Shown: one piece after another, positions 33,036-42,996 of the stretch | How positions within the stretch are numbered: position 1 is the first letter of the stretch | How the letters are laid out: each line of letters begins with the position of its first letter | Assembly: GCF_013122565.1 (NCBI RefSeq) | Contig: NZ_CP053258.1 | Strand: one strand, 5' to 3' | From: Escherichia coli | GTDB taxonomy: Bacteria > Pseudomonadota > Gammaproteobacteria > Enterobacterales > Enterobacteriaceae | Length of the DNA: 64,000 bases | Translations under genes and position numbers: made by a program | The notes under the pieces: model-generated | Told to the model about the DNA's origin: nothing | Database searches by the model: none | The model's input: the letters and a program-made list of their open reading frames with translations, nothing else

Positions 33036-34895
33036 ATGAGCAAAGGAACGACCAGCCAGGATGCCCCGTTCGGGACATTATTGGGCTACGCCCCAGGTGG
33101 GGTAGCAATCTACTCTTCAGATTACAGTTCTCTCGATCCGCAGGAATACGAAGATGACGCCGTATTCCGTAGCTATATCGACGACGAATATATGGGCCAC
33201 AAATGGCAATGCGTTGAATTTGCTCGCCGTTTTCTCTTTCTGAACTACGGTGTGGTCTTCACTGACGTCGGCATGGCGTGGGAGATTTTCTCGCTGCGCT
33301 TCCTGCGTGAAGTGGTTAATGACAACATCCTGCCATTGCAGGCATTTCCTAACGGCTCGCCGCGTGCGCCGGTCGCGGGTGCGCTTCTTATCTGGGATAA
33401 AGGCGGTGAATTTAAAGACACTGGCCATGTCGCCATCATTACCCAATTGCATGGCAACAAAGTCCGTATTGCGGAACAGAACGTGATTCATTCCCCGTTG
33501 CCGCAAGGGCAACAGTGGACGCGCGAACTGGAGATGGTGGTCGAAAACGGCTGCTATACCCTTAAAGACACTTTTGATGACACCACCATTCTGGGCTGGA
33601 TGATCCAGACGGAAGATACTGAATACAGCTTACCGCAGCCGGAAATTGCAGGCGAGCTGCTGAAAATCAGCGGAGCGCGTCTGGAAAACAAAGGCCAGTT
33701 TGACGGTAAATGGCTGGATGAAAAAGATCCGCTACAAAACGCCTATGTGCAGGCCAACGGTCAGGTGATCAATCAGGATCCGTATCATTACTACACCATT
33801 ACCGAGAGTGCCGAGCAGGAGCTGATTAAAGCCACCAACGAGCTGCACCTGATGTATCTTCACGCCACCGACAAGGTGCTGAAAGATGACAACCTGCTGG
33901 CGCTGTTCGACATTCCGAAAATCCTCTGGCCACGTTTGCGTCTCTCCTGGCAGCGTCGCCGTCACCATATGATCACCGGTCGTATGGATTTCTGTATGGA
34001 CGAACGTGGCCTGAAGGTCTACGAATACAACGCCGATTCCGCCTCCTGTCATACCGAAGCGGGCTTGATCCTCGAACGTTGGGCGGAGCAGGGCTATAAA
34101 GGCAACGGCTTCAATCCGGCGGAAGGGCTGATTAACGAACTGGCTGGTGCCTGGAAACACAGTCGTGCACGTCCGTTTGTCCATATCATGCAGGACAAAG
34201 ATATCGAGGAAAACTATCACGCGCAGTTTATGGAGCAGGCGCTGCACCAGGCGGGCTTTGAAACGCGTATCTTGCGCGGGCTGGATGAACTGGGCTGGGA
34301 TGCTGCCGGGCAACTGATTGATGGGGAAGGGCGACTGGTTAACTGCGTGTGGAAAACCTGGGCGTGGGAAACTGCGTTTGATCAGATTCGTGAAGTTAGC
34401 GACCGTGAGTTTGCTGCGGTGCCGATCCGTACCGGTCATCCGCAAAATGAAGTGCGTCTTATCGACGTATTGCTGCGCCCGGAAGTGCTGGTCTTTGAGC
34501 CGCTGTGGACGGTGATCCCCGGCAACAAAGCGATTCTGCCGATCCTCTGGTCGCTGTTCCCGCACCATCGCTACCTGCTGGATACCGATTTCAGTGTTAA
34601 TGATGAACTGGTGAAAACAGGTTACGCAGTGAAACCGATCGCCGGTCGCTGTGGTAGCAATATCGACCTCGTCAGCCATCATGAAGAGGTGCTGGACAAA
34701 ACCAGCGGTAAATTTGCCGAGCAGAAAAACATCTATCAGCAACTGTGGTGTTTGCCGAAAGTGGACGGTAAATACATTCAGGTATGTACCTTCACCGTGG
34801 GCGGCAACTACGGTGGGACGTGTTTGCGCGGTGATGAATCACTGGTCATTAAAAAAGAGAGTGATATTGAACCGTTAATTGTGGTGAAAGAGTAA
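33036..34895 (+). CDS. gss: Bifunctional glutathionylspermidine synthetase/amidase
   Basis: 619 aa; MSKGTTSQDAPFGTLLGYAPGGVAIYSSDY; CHAP amidase Cys (KWQCVEF). Confidence 0.93.
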   Translation: MSKGTTSQDAPFGTLLGYAPGGVAIYSSDYSSLDPQEYEDDAVFRSYIDDEYMGHKWQCVEFARRFLFLNYGVVFTDVGMAWEIFSLRFLREVVNDNILPLQAFPNGSPRAPVAGALLIWDKGGEFKDTGHVAIITQLHGNKVRIAEQNVIHSPLPQGQQWTRELEMVVENGCYTLKDTFDDTTILGWMIQTEDTEYSLPQPEIAGELLKISGARLENKGQFDGKWLDEKDPLQNAYVQANGQVINQDPYHYYTITESAEQELIKATNELHLMYLHATDKVLKDDNLLALFDIPKILWPRLRLSWQRRRHHMITGRMDFCMDERGLKVYEYNADSASCHTEAGLILERWAEQGYKGNGFNPAEGLINELAGAWKHSRARPFVHIMQDKDIEENYHAQFMEQALHQAGFETRILRGLDELGWDAAGQLIDGEGRLVNCVWKTWAWETAFDQIREVSDREFAAVPIRTGHPQNEVRLIDVLLRPEVLVFEPLWTVIPGNKAILPILWSLFPHHRYLLDTDFSVNDELVKTGYAVKPIAGRCGSNIDLVSHHEEVLDKTSGKFAEQKNIYQQLWCLPKVDGKYIQVCTFTVGGNYGGTCLRGDESLVIKKESDIEPLIVVKE

Positions 34896-35186
34896 TACAT
34901 GTTGTAACAACCCCGTACTGATTATGAACAATAATTAGTACGGGGATTAATCAAAATATTCAATATTTATATATTCCAATATTTATTCATTTCATATGTG
35001 AATATATTAACCAGCAGAATGCCTGTATTCTGATTATTTCTAAAGATTTTGAATGAATGCTTATTGTCTGATACACAAGAAATAACACTCTTTTTATCGT
35101 TAAAAAATGATATTTCACTTTGCCCACACCGTTAAAGTCACTGATAATGCGTCCGTTCGTAAATTCAAAATGGCGTAATCTAATAT

Positions 35187-36686
35187 ATGCTAAATTTATT
35201 TGTTGGCCTTGATATATATACGGGGCTTTTGTTATTACTTGCTCTGGCATTTGTGTTGTTCTACGAAGCAATCAATGGTTTTCATGACACGGCGAATGCG
35301 GTGGCAACCGTTATTTATACTCGTGCCATGCAGCCACAGCTTGCCGTGGTGATGGCGGCATTTTTTAACTTTTTTGGCGTGTTATTGGGCGGACTTAGCG
35401 TTGCCTATGCCATTGTCCATATGTTGCCAACCGATTTGTTGCTGAATATGGGGTCAACCCACGGTCTGGCGATGGTCTTTTCCATGCTGCTGGCGGCGAT
35501 TATCTGGAACCTGGGAACGTGGTTCTTTGGTTTACCGGCCTCCAGTTCGCACACCTTGATTGGTGCGATTATCGGCATCGGTTTAACCAACGCGCTGTTA
35601 ACCGGCTCATCGGTGATGGATGCGTTAAACCTGCGTGAAGTGACCAAGATTTTCTCCTCACTGATTGTTTCCCCTATCGTCGGTCTGGTCATTGCGGGAG
35701 GCCTGATTTTCCTGCTGCGTCGCTACTGGAGTGGGACGAAAAAGCGTGACCGTATTCACCGCATTCCGGAAGATCGCAAAAAGAAAAAAGGCAAACGTAA
35801 GCCGCCATTCTGGACGCGTATTGCGCTGATTGTTTCCGCTGCGGGCGTGGCTTTTTCGCACGGCGCGAACGACGGGCAGAAAGGGATCGGCCTGGTGATG
35901 CTGGTACTGGTGGGGATTGCTCCTGCTGGCTTCGTCGTCAATATGAATGCGTCCGGCTATGAAATTACCCGCACCCGCGATGCCATCACCAACTTTGAAC
36001 ACTATCTGCAACAGCATCCTGAACTGCCGCAGAAGTTGATTGCGATGGAGCCTTCGCTGCCCGCTGCTCCCACTGACGGCACGCAAGTGACGGAGTTTCA
36101 CTGTCATCCGGCAAATACCTTTGATGCGATTGCGCGCGTTAAAACGATGCTGCCAGGCAACATGGAAAGCTACGAGCCGTTAAGCGTGAGTCAGCGCAGC
36201 CAGCTGCGCCGCATTATGCTGTGCATCTCTGATACTTCCGCGAAGCTGGCGAAACTGCCAGGCGTCAGTAAAGAAGACCAGAACCTGCTGAAAAAACTGC
36301 GCAGCGATATGTTAAGCACCATTGAGTACGCTCCGGTGTGGATCATCATGGCGGTAGCACTGGCGCTCGGCATTGGCACCATGATTGGCTGGCGTCGTGT
36401 AGCGATGACCATCGGTGAGAAGATTGGTAAGCGTGGCATGACGTATGCGCAAGGCATGGCGGCACAAATGACGGCGGCAGTGTCTATCGGCCTTGCCAGT
36501 TATATTGGGATGCCCGTCTCCACAACACACGTACTCTCATCTGCCGTAGCAGGGACGATGGTGGTGGACGGCGGTGGGTTACAGCGTAAAACGGTAACCA
36601 GCATCCTGATGGCGTGGGTGTTTACCTTACCGGCGGCGATTTTTCTTTCTGGTGGGTTGTACTGGATAGCATTGCAGTTGATTTAA
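35187..36686 (+). CDS. pitB: Low-affinity inorganic phosphate transporter
   Basis: 499 aa; PHO4-family signature GANDGQKG. Confidence 0.92.
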   Translation: MLNLFVGLDIYTGLLLLLALAFVLFYEAINGFHDTANAVATVIYTRAMQPQLAVVMAAFFNFFGVLLGGLSVAYAIVHMLPTDLLLNMGSTHGLAMVFSMLLAAIIWNLGTWFFGLPASSSHTLIGAIIGIGLTNALLTGSSVMDALNLREVTKIFSSLIVSPIVGLVIAGGLIFLLRRYWSGTKKRDRIHRIPEDRKKKKGKRKPPFWTRIALIVSAAGVAFSHGANDGQKGIGLVMLVLVGIAPAGFVVNMNASGYEITRTRDAITNFEHYLQQHPELPQKLIAMEPSLPAAPTDGTQVTEFHCHPANTFDAIARVKTMLPGNMESYEPLSVSQRSQLRRIMLCISDTSAKLAKLPGVSKEDQNLLKKLRSDMLSTIEYAPVWIIMAVALALGIGTMIGWRRVAMTIGEKIGKRGMTYAQGMAAQMTAAVSIGLASYIGMPVSTTHVLSSAVAGTMVVDGGGLQRKTVTSILMAWVFTLPAAIFLSGGLYWIALQLI

Positions 36687-36695
36687 CCTTCCTGA

Positions 36696-36730
36696 AAATG
36701 CCCGGTCCTGGCGATCGGGCATTTCCATTT
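36696..36730. terminator. Bidirectional terminator hairpin between pitB and yghT
   Basis: aaatgcccg ... cgggcattt inverted repeat followed by ccattttt. Confidence 0.5.
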
Positions 36731-36734
36731 TTGA

Positions 36735-37427
36735 CTAGTGATAACCACGCGCGGTCATAAAATCCGTAATCGCTTTTTCTGCATCAACCAGCACCTGTTC
36801 CAGTGGCTGATTGGCATCGATATCAACCAGTTGTGCACCACCAAAGGTTAACTGTGGCGTTATGGCAATCTTCCTCGCCAGCGATTCCCGTTTATGGTCG
36901 GGTTTACGCGCGCAGGCAACTTCAAGGTCAACATTGAGTTTGATGACCAGATCAGGCTTATGGCTCGCCATCCAGTGAAACGCTTTACGTTCCTGGCTTG
37001 CCAGCCATGAGACAAAACGACTACCTTCAACGTTAGGTGGGAACACCGTACCATCGTAAGCGCCAGGAATTTGGTCCTGAGGATAACGGTCGGTTAGAAC
37101 AATTAACCCGCGACGACGACAGGCAAGCATATGACGAAAGCGCAGTAAGCGACGGGCGACAAACGCTGTAATTACCAGCGCCGGAACTGGTCCTGGCAAT
37201 TTTTTTGCTGTTTTCACCTGATTTCGTTCAATTGTTTTATGTAAGGATTTTCCCATTAACGGTAATTTTGTCACTGCACGACCGACATTTCCGGCCTGTT
37301 TTCCTAAATGAACTCTTTCGGCAGCACCATATTTTTCGACAACGGTAATGAGATGTTCACACACCGTTGACTTGCCTGAACCATCGCTACCAATAACGGC
37401 AATTAATGGAGGTGTTATTGACTGCAT
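36735..37427 (-). CDS. yghT: P-loop NTPase (nucleoside/nucleotide-kinase-like fold) YghT
   Basis: 230 aa; Walker [10 protein letters not shown]. Confidence 0.85.
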   Translation of the reverse strand: MQSITPPLIAVIGSDGSGKSTVCEHLITVVEKYGAAERVHLGKQAGNVGRAVTKLPLMGKSLHKTIERNQVKTAKKLPGPVPALVITAFVARRLLRFRHMLACRRRGLIVLTDRYPQDQIPGAYDGTVFPPNVEGSRFVSWLASQERKAFHWMASHKPDLVIKLNVDLEVACARKPDHKRESLARKIAITPQLTFGGAQLVDIDANQPLEQVLVDAEKAITDFMTARGYH

Positions 37428-37600
37428 GAATATATCCTTTAATTTAAATATTCATCCAAAATATTTATTTGGTTAATATGTTTTGATGAAAGCGTAAATC
37501 AGGTCAATGTCATAATTAACCATTGTCACAATAAGGTTGAACGGATATTCTGAGCACGGACCACGTAATATTCAATACATTATTTACTGCCGGGTTTTTC

Positions 37601-38314
37601 GTGAATCAACGTAATATGTCAATAATTAATTCCACGCCAGTGCGTGTTATTGCCATTGTAGGATGTGATGGTTCAGGTAAATCGACCCTCACGGCAAGCC
37701 TGGTAAATGAACTGGCAGCAAGAATGCCAACAGAACGCATTTATCTCGGGCAATCGTCCGGGCGAATTGGCGAATGGATTTCACAGCTCCCTGTTATTGG
37801 CGCACCTTTTGGGCGTTATCTGCGAAGTAAAGCGGCACATGTGCACGAAAAGCCCTCAACACCGCCTGGCAATATTACTGCGCTGGTTATCTATCTGCTT
37901 TCCTGCTGGCGGGCGTACAAGTTTCGCAAAATGTTGTGTAGAAGCCAGCAAGGCCATCTGCTCATCACCGACCGCTACCCGCAGGTTGAAGTGCCGGGTT
38001 TTCGCTTTGATGGCCCGCAATTGGCAAAAACCACGGGCGGTAACGGTTGGATAAAAATGTTAAGGCAGCGCGAGCTGAAGCTGTACCAATGGATGGCGTC
38101 TTATTTGCCCGTATTGTTGATTCGTCTTGGCATTGATGAACAAACCGCGTTTGCGCGTAAACCTGACCACCAACTGGCAGCGTTACAGGAAAAAATCGCC
38201 GTTACGCCGCAACTGACGTTCAACGGTGCCAGGATCCTTGAACTGGATGGTCGGCAACCAGCCGATGAAATTCTGCAAGCGTCACTACGCGCAATTCACG
38301 CCGCGCTTTCCTGA
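37601..38314 (+). CDS. yghS: P-loop NTPase YghS (paralogue of YghT/YghR)
   Basis: 237 aa; Walker A GCDGSGKST; shared ITDRYPQ motif. Confidence 0.85.
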   Translation: MNQRNMSIINSTPVRVIAIVGCDGSGKSTLTASLVNELAARMPTERIYLGQSSGRIGEWISQLPVIGAPFGRYLRSKAAHVHEKPSTPPGNITALVIYLLSCWRAYKFRKMLCRSQQGHLLITDRYPQVEVPGFRFDGPQLAKTTGGNGWIKMLRQRELKLYQWMASYLPVLLIRLGIDEQTAFARKPDHQLAALQEKIAVTPQLTFNGARILELDGRQPADEILQASLRAIHAALS

Positions 38315-38345
38315 TCACCAAAATGGATAGGGGATGATTTAACGA

Positions 38346-39104
38346 ATGGATGCACTACAAACACAAACTGTTAATAGTACAACCGCGCCGCAGCCCAACT
38401 ACATTCCGGGGCTGATTGCGGTGGTCGGGTGTGATGGCACCGGTAAATCCACACTGACCACTGACCTGGTGAAATCGCTGCAACAACACTGGCAAACTGA
38501 GCGGCGCTATCTGGGGCTGCTCTCGGGCGAAGACGGCGACAAAATCAAACGATTGCCGTTGGTTGGTGTCTGGCTCGAACGGCGACTGGCGGCCAAATCC
38601 TCGAAAACCCAAAGCATGAAAACCAAATCTCCAGCGCTATGGGCGGCGGTGATTATGTACTGCTTTTCGCTGCGAAGAATGGCGAATCTACGCAAGGTTC
38701 AGCGACTGGCGCAAAGTGGCGTTCTGGTGGTCAGCGATCGCTTCCCGCAGGCTGAAATTTCGGGCTTTTATTATGACGGACCGGGGATCGGCGTCGAACG
38801 TGCGACCGGGAAAATCAGCATGTTTCTGGCGCAGCGCGAACGGCGTTTATACCAAAAAATGGCGCAATACCGTCCTGAATTAATCATTCGTTTGGGGATT
38901 GATATTGATACTGCCATCTCCCGCAAGCCTGACCATGACTATGCCGAGCTGCAGGACAAAATCGGCGTCATGTCGACGATTGGCTATAACGGCACAAAAA
39001 TTCTTGAGATTGATTCCAGAGCGCCCTACAGCGAAGTGCTGGAACAGGCACAGAAGGCGGTTTCTCTGGTTGCCATCGTTTCTGACCGCCGAAGTTTAAC
39101 TTAA
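38346..39104 (+). CDS. yghR: P-loop NTPase YghR (paralogue of YghS/YghT)
   Basis: 252 aa; Walker A GCDGTGKST; VSDRFPQ motif. Confidence 0.85.
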   Translation: MDALQTQTVNSTTAPQPNYIPGLIAVVGCDGTGKSTLTTDLVKSLQQHWQTERRYLGLLSGEDGDKIKRLPLVGVWLERRLAAKSSKTQSMKTKSPALWAAVIMYCFSLRRMANLRKVQRLAQSGVLVVSDRFPQAEISGFYYDGPGIGVERATGKISMFLAQRERRLYQKMAQYRPELIIRLGIDIDTAISRKPDHDYAELQDKIGVMSTIGYNGTKILEIDSRAPYSEVLEQAQKAVSLVAIVSDRRSLT

Positions 39105-39149
39105 GGCTGGCGGGATACTTTTTACTATCAACGATAAGGTCAGGCTGAA

Positions 39150-40499
39150 TTGGCGGGTTTTAACATCAAACATTGGTTTGCAGATGGCGCGTTTCGCACC
39201 ATTATTCGCAATAGCGCCTGGTTAGGCTCCAGTAATGTCGTGAGCGCCTTGCTGGGTCTGTTGGCGCTCTCGTGTGCCGGTAAAGGGATGACGCCCGCCA
39301 TGTTTGGCGTACTGGTGATTGTGCAATCGTACGCCAAGTCGATCAGCGATTTTATTAAGTTTCAGACATGGCAACTGGTGGTTCAGTACGGAACACCAGC
39401 ATTAACCAACAATAATCCGCAGCAATTCCGCAATGTCGTCTCATTTTCCTTCTCGCTGGATATCGTCAGCGGCGCGGTGGCGATTGTCGGCGGCATTGCC
39501 TTACTGCCATTCCTTTCCCATTCATTAGGTCTGGATGACCAAAGTTTTTGGCTGGCAGCGCTCTATTGCACGCTCATTCCTTCAATGGCTTCCTCCACGC
39601 CGACCGGCATTCTGCGTGCGGTAGATCGCTTCGATCTAATTGCTGTACAGCAAGCGACGAAACCTTTTCTGCGCGCAGCGGGGAGCGTCGTAGCCTGGTA
39701 TTTTGACTTTGGTTTTGCGGGTTTTGTTATCGCCTGGTACGCATCGAATCTGGTTGGCGGCACCATGTACTGGTGGTTTGCCGCGCGCGAATTACGTCGC
39801 AGAAATATCCATAACGCCTTCAAATTGAATCTGTTTGAGTCTGCCCGACACATTAAAGGCGCGTGGAGTTTTGTCTGGTCAACCAACATTGCCCACTCCA
39901 TCTGGTCGGCGCGTAACTCGTGCAGCACAGTGCTGGTGGGGATCGTGTTAGGACCCGCTGCCGCCGGGTTATTTAAAATCGCCATGACATTCTTCGATGC
40001 CGCCGGAACGCCAGCGGGTTTGCTGGGTAAAAGTTTTTACCCAGAGGTGATGCGTTTAGATCCGCGCACCACCAGACCGTGGTTGTTAGGTGTGAAGTCC
40101 GGTTTACTGGCGGGCGGAATTGGTATTCTGGTGGCACTCGCGGTGTTGATCGTCGGCAAGCCGCTCATTTCACTGGTGTTTGGTGTGAAGTATCTCGAAG
40201 CGTATGACCTGATTCAGGTGATGCTGGGCGCAATTGTGATTTCGATGCTGGGCTTCCCGCAGGAGTCATTGCTATTGATGGCGGGAAAACAGCGCGCTTT
40301 TCTCGTGGCGCAAACCATCGCCTCAATCGGCTACATCGTATTGCTGTTCATGTTCTGTCATCTGTTTGGCGTGCTGGGAGCAGCGTTTGCTTACTTCGGT
40401 GGGCAATGTCTGGATGTGGTGCTCTCGCTAATTCCAACCTTAAAGGCATTTTTTCAGCGCCATTCCTTGCTTTATAACGCAGCCGGAGAGAAATCCTGA
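39150..40499 (+). CDS. yghQ: Polytopic inner membrane protein, MOP/Wzx-like flippase superfamily (YghQ); start uncertain
   Basis: Long hydrophobic ORF; the track start at 39150 is TTG; first in-frame ATG near 39288; stop overlaps the start of the next gene. Confidence 0.7.
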   Translation: MAGFNIKHWFADGAFRTIIRNSAWLGSSNVVSALLGLLALSCAGKGMTPAMFGVLVIVQSYAKSISDFIKFQTWQLVVQYGTPALTNNNPQQFRNVVSFSFSLDIVSGAVAIVGGIALLPFLSHSLGLDDQSFWLAALYCTLIPSMASSTPTGILRAVDRFDLIAVQQATKPFLRAAGSVVAWYFDFGFAGFVIAWYASNLVGGTMYWWFAARELRRRNIHNAFKLNLFESARHIKGAWSFVWSTNIAHSIWSARNSCSTVLVGIVLGPAAAGLFKIAMTFFDAAGTPAGLLGKSFYPEVMRLDPRTTRPWLLGVKSGLLAGGIGILVALAVLIVGKPLISLVFGVKYLEAYDLIQVMLGAIVISMLGFPQESLLLMAGKQRAFLVAQTIASIGYIVLLFMFCHLFGVLGAAFAYFGGQCLDVVLSLIPTLKAFFQRHSLLYNAAGEKS

Positions 40500-41323
40500 T
40501 GATGAGAAAATATTTCCCGCTTGAGGCGAGCGAGCGTCTATTTGTTGCGATTGAAGAAGATGATGTCGTTGATGCACAGGTCAGTTTGCCGCCGACTATC
40601 GCACTAAGTTGTACCACCGAAATCATCCATGATAATTACGCGTTATGCCTGCAATTCTGGCTCAATGGCGTCAATCGCCAGGAGTTACTGCGTTTAATAT
40701 GCAAACAGGCCAAAGGCGATGAGCTGACTGCTGATGAGCGCAAACAATTTAAATACATGCGAGCGCGCTACAAGCACCTGCGTTTTGCGCAACGGCTGTA
40801 TTTAAAAAAGCATCAGGCCGGATTTTTATTCGGCAAAACGACCGTTTTTCTGGGACGTTTTCAGGACGGATTTCGTAACGGTAAGAAAAATATTGTGTCG
40901 TATTACGGCAACCTGTTACGAATTTATTTAAGCTCTCCGGTCTGGTCGTTGGTGAACTATTCATTACGCCATAGCCAGTTAGAAAGCGTAAGCGGTTTTA
41001 TTGCCTATCGGCAACAGCAAATGCATACCCTGAAAGAGATTATTGCCAAACCGCGACTAACCGGCAGGGAATTTCATGATGTGCGAAAAATCATCAGCCA
41101 GCAGGTTTCTTATTACGACACCTTAAGATCGCTTGATCCTGAAAATAAAGAGGCGTTACAGATTTCCCGCTTCCTCGCCGCCATTAATGGCCTGATGGGG
41201 GATAAACACGACGACATGGTGGCGGATGATATGGAAAACCGCCAGTCGTATGATGCACCGGTGGCGCTGGATAGCGATATTCGTCAGCGCTTAGAGCTGC
41301 TGATTTCGCGTTTTCCGCTATAA
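40499..41323 (+). CDS. Hypothetical protein (no recognisable domain), translationally coupled to yghQ
   Basis: 274 aa; ATG overlaps the yghQ TGA (ATGA-type junction). Confidence 0.55.
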   Translation: MMRKYFPLEASERLFVAIEEDDVVDAQVSLPPTIALSCTTEIIHDNYALCLQFWLNGVNRQELLRLICKQAKGDELTADERKQFKYMRARYKHLRFAQRLYLKKHQAGFLFGKTTVFLGRFQDGFRNGKKNIVSYYGNLLRIYLSSPVWSLVNYSLRHSQLESVSGFIAYRQQQMHTLKEIIAKPRLTGREFHDVRKIISQQVSYYDTLRSLDPENKEALQISRFLAAINGLMGDKHDDMVADDMENRQSYDAPVALDSDIRQRLELLISRFPL

Positions 41324-41331
41324 CCGGAGCA

Positions 41332-41895
41332 ATGATGTCATCTCGTTTGATTATTGCGCTGATTATCATGCTCTTAGCCCCGGGTGTGCAGGCACACAAT
41401 TTCGTCACTGGCAAAACGGTTACCCCCGTTTATATCCAGGAAGGCGGCGAGCTGCTTCTGAATAGCGACGACGAAATTCACTACCAAAAGTGGAACAGCA
41501 CACAATTGGCGGGAAAAGTTCGCATTATTCAGTATATCGCCGGGCGTAAGTCGGCGAAGAAAAAGAACTCACTGTTAATTAAAGCGGTTGAAGCGGCAAA
41601 CTTTCCGCAGGATCGTTTTCAGCCCACAACCATCGTGAACACCGATGATGCCATCTTTGGTACCGGCTATTTTGTCGTTGGCAAAATCGAAAAAAATAAA
41701 CGCCGCTATCCGTGGGCGCAATTCGTTATTGACGGCAATGGACTGGGACGCATTGCCTGGCGCTTGCCGGAGCAGAGTTCAACCATTCTGGTGCTGAATA
41801 AAGCCGGGCAAATTCAGTGGGCAAAGGACGGCAGCCTGACGCCGGAAGAGGTAGATCATGTCATTGCGTTGGCGCAGAAACTGATCAATGAATAA
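41332..41895 (+). CDS. Periplasmic protein, YtfJ-like family (tentative)
   Basis: 187 aa; signal peptide LIIALIIMLLAPGVQA; size and composition resemble the YtfJ family. Confidence 0.5.
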   Translation: MMSSRLIIALIIMLLAPGVQAHNFVTGKTVTPVYIQEGGELLLNSDDEIHYQKWNSTQLAGKVRIIQYIAGRKSAKKKNSLLIKAVEAANFPQDRFQPTTIVNTDDAIFGTGYFVVGKIEKNKRRYPWAQFVIDGNGLGRIAWRLPEQSSTILVLNKAGQIQWAKDGSLTPEEVDHVIALAQKLINE

Positions 41896-41925
41896 AAAAC
41901 TCAAAGGATTGAGGGCGTTAGTGAG

Positions 41926-42996
41926 ATGAAGCTGGTTGAACACTACATCATGCGTGGTACGCGCCGTTTGGTGCTGATTATCGTCGGTTTTCTGATCTTT
42001 ATTTTCGCCAGCTACTCCGCACAGCGTTATCTGACCGAAGCGGCAAATGGGACATTAGCACTTGATGTTGTGCTGGATATCGTTTTTTACAAGGTGCTGA
42101 TTGCACTGGAGATGTTGTTACCTGTTGGACTGTATGTGTCAGTTGGCGTGACGCTAGGGCAGATGTATACCGACTCGGAAATCACAGCTATCTCTGCGGC
42201 GGGGGGCAGTCCGGGACGCTTGTACAAAGCCGTTCTTTATCTGGCGATACCGCTAAGTATTTTTGTCACCCTTCTGTCGATGTATGGTCGTCCGTGGGCT
42301 TATGCGCAGATTTATCAACTGGAGCAGCAGTCGCAGTCGGAGCTGGATGTTCGCCAGTTGCGGGCAAAGAAATTTAACACTAACGATAACGGACGAATGA
42401 TCCTTTCGCAGACGGTTGATCAGGATAATAATCGCCTGACTGACGCGCTGATTTATACTTCTACTGCCAATCGAACCCGCATTTTCCGCGCCCGTTCGGT
42501 TGATGTGGTTGACCCATCTCCCGAGAAACCGACCGTTATGTTGCACAACGGCACCGCCTATCTTCTCGATCATCAGGGGCGTGACGACAACGAACAGATC
42601 TACCGTAATCTGCAATTACATCTGAATCCGCTGGATCAAAGCCCTAATGTCAAACGCAAAGCGAAATCGGTCACGGAGCTGGCGCGCTCCGTCTTTCCAG
42701 CCGATCATGCCGAACTGCAATGGCGACAAAGCCGTGGCCTGACCGCATTGTTGATGGCGCTGCTGGCCATTTCATTAAGTCGGGTAAAACCGCGGCAGGG
42801 GCGATTTTCAACGTTATTGCCACTGACGTTGCTGTTTATTGCCATTTTTTATGGCGGCGACGTCTGCCGTACGCTGGTGGCTAACGGCGCGATTCCTCTC
42901 ATTCCTGGTTTGTGGTTAGTACCCGGACTCATGCTAATGGGCCTGCTGATGCTGGTTGCACGCGACTTCACTTTGCTGCAGAAATTTTCCCGATGA
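41926..42996 (+). CDS. LptF/LptG-family (YjgP/YjgQ) permease, LptF-like
   Basis: 356 aa; LGQMYTDSEIT and KPRQGRFSTLLP resemble LptF LGKLYTESEIT / NPRQGRVLSMLP; TM-periplasmic domain-TM architecture. Confidence 0.7.
   Translation: MKLVEHYIMRGTRRLVLIIVGFLIFIFASYSAQRYLTEAANGTLALDVVLDIVFYKVLIALEMLLPVGLYVSVGVTLGQMYTDSEITAISAAGGSPGRLYKAVLYLAIPLSIFVTLLSMYGRPWAYAQIYQLEQQSQSELDVRQLRAKKFNTNDNGRMILSQTVDQDNNRLTDALIYTSTANRTRIFRARSVDVVDPSPEKPTVMLHNGTAYLLDHQGRDDNEQIYRNLQLHLNPLDQSPNVKRKAKSVTELARSVFPADHAELQWRQSRGLTALLMALLAISLSRVKPRQGRFSTLLPLTLLFIAIFYGGDVCRTLVANGAIPLIPGLWLVPGLMLMGLLMLVARDFTLLQKFSR

Noticed and set aside
33732-34742. 336-aa ORF antisense to gss
   Set aside because: Nested antisense to the conserved gss gene; no independent support.
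39150-40499. Possible IS5/transposase between yghQ and yghO (as in K-12)
   Set aside because: No ORF in this interval resembles a transposase and no terminal inverted repeats were seen; the interval is occupied by membrane-transport and lipid-biosynthesis genes.
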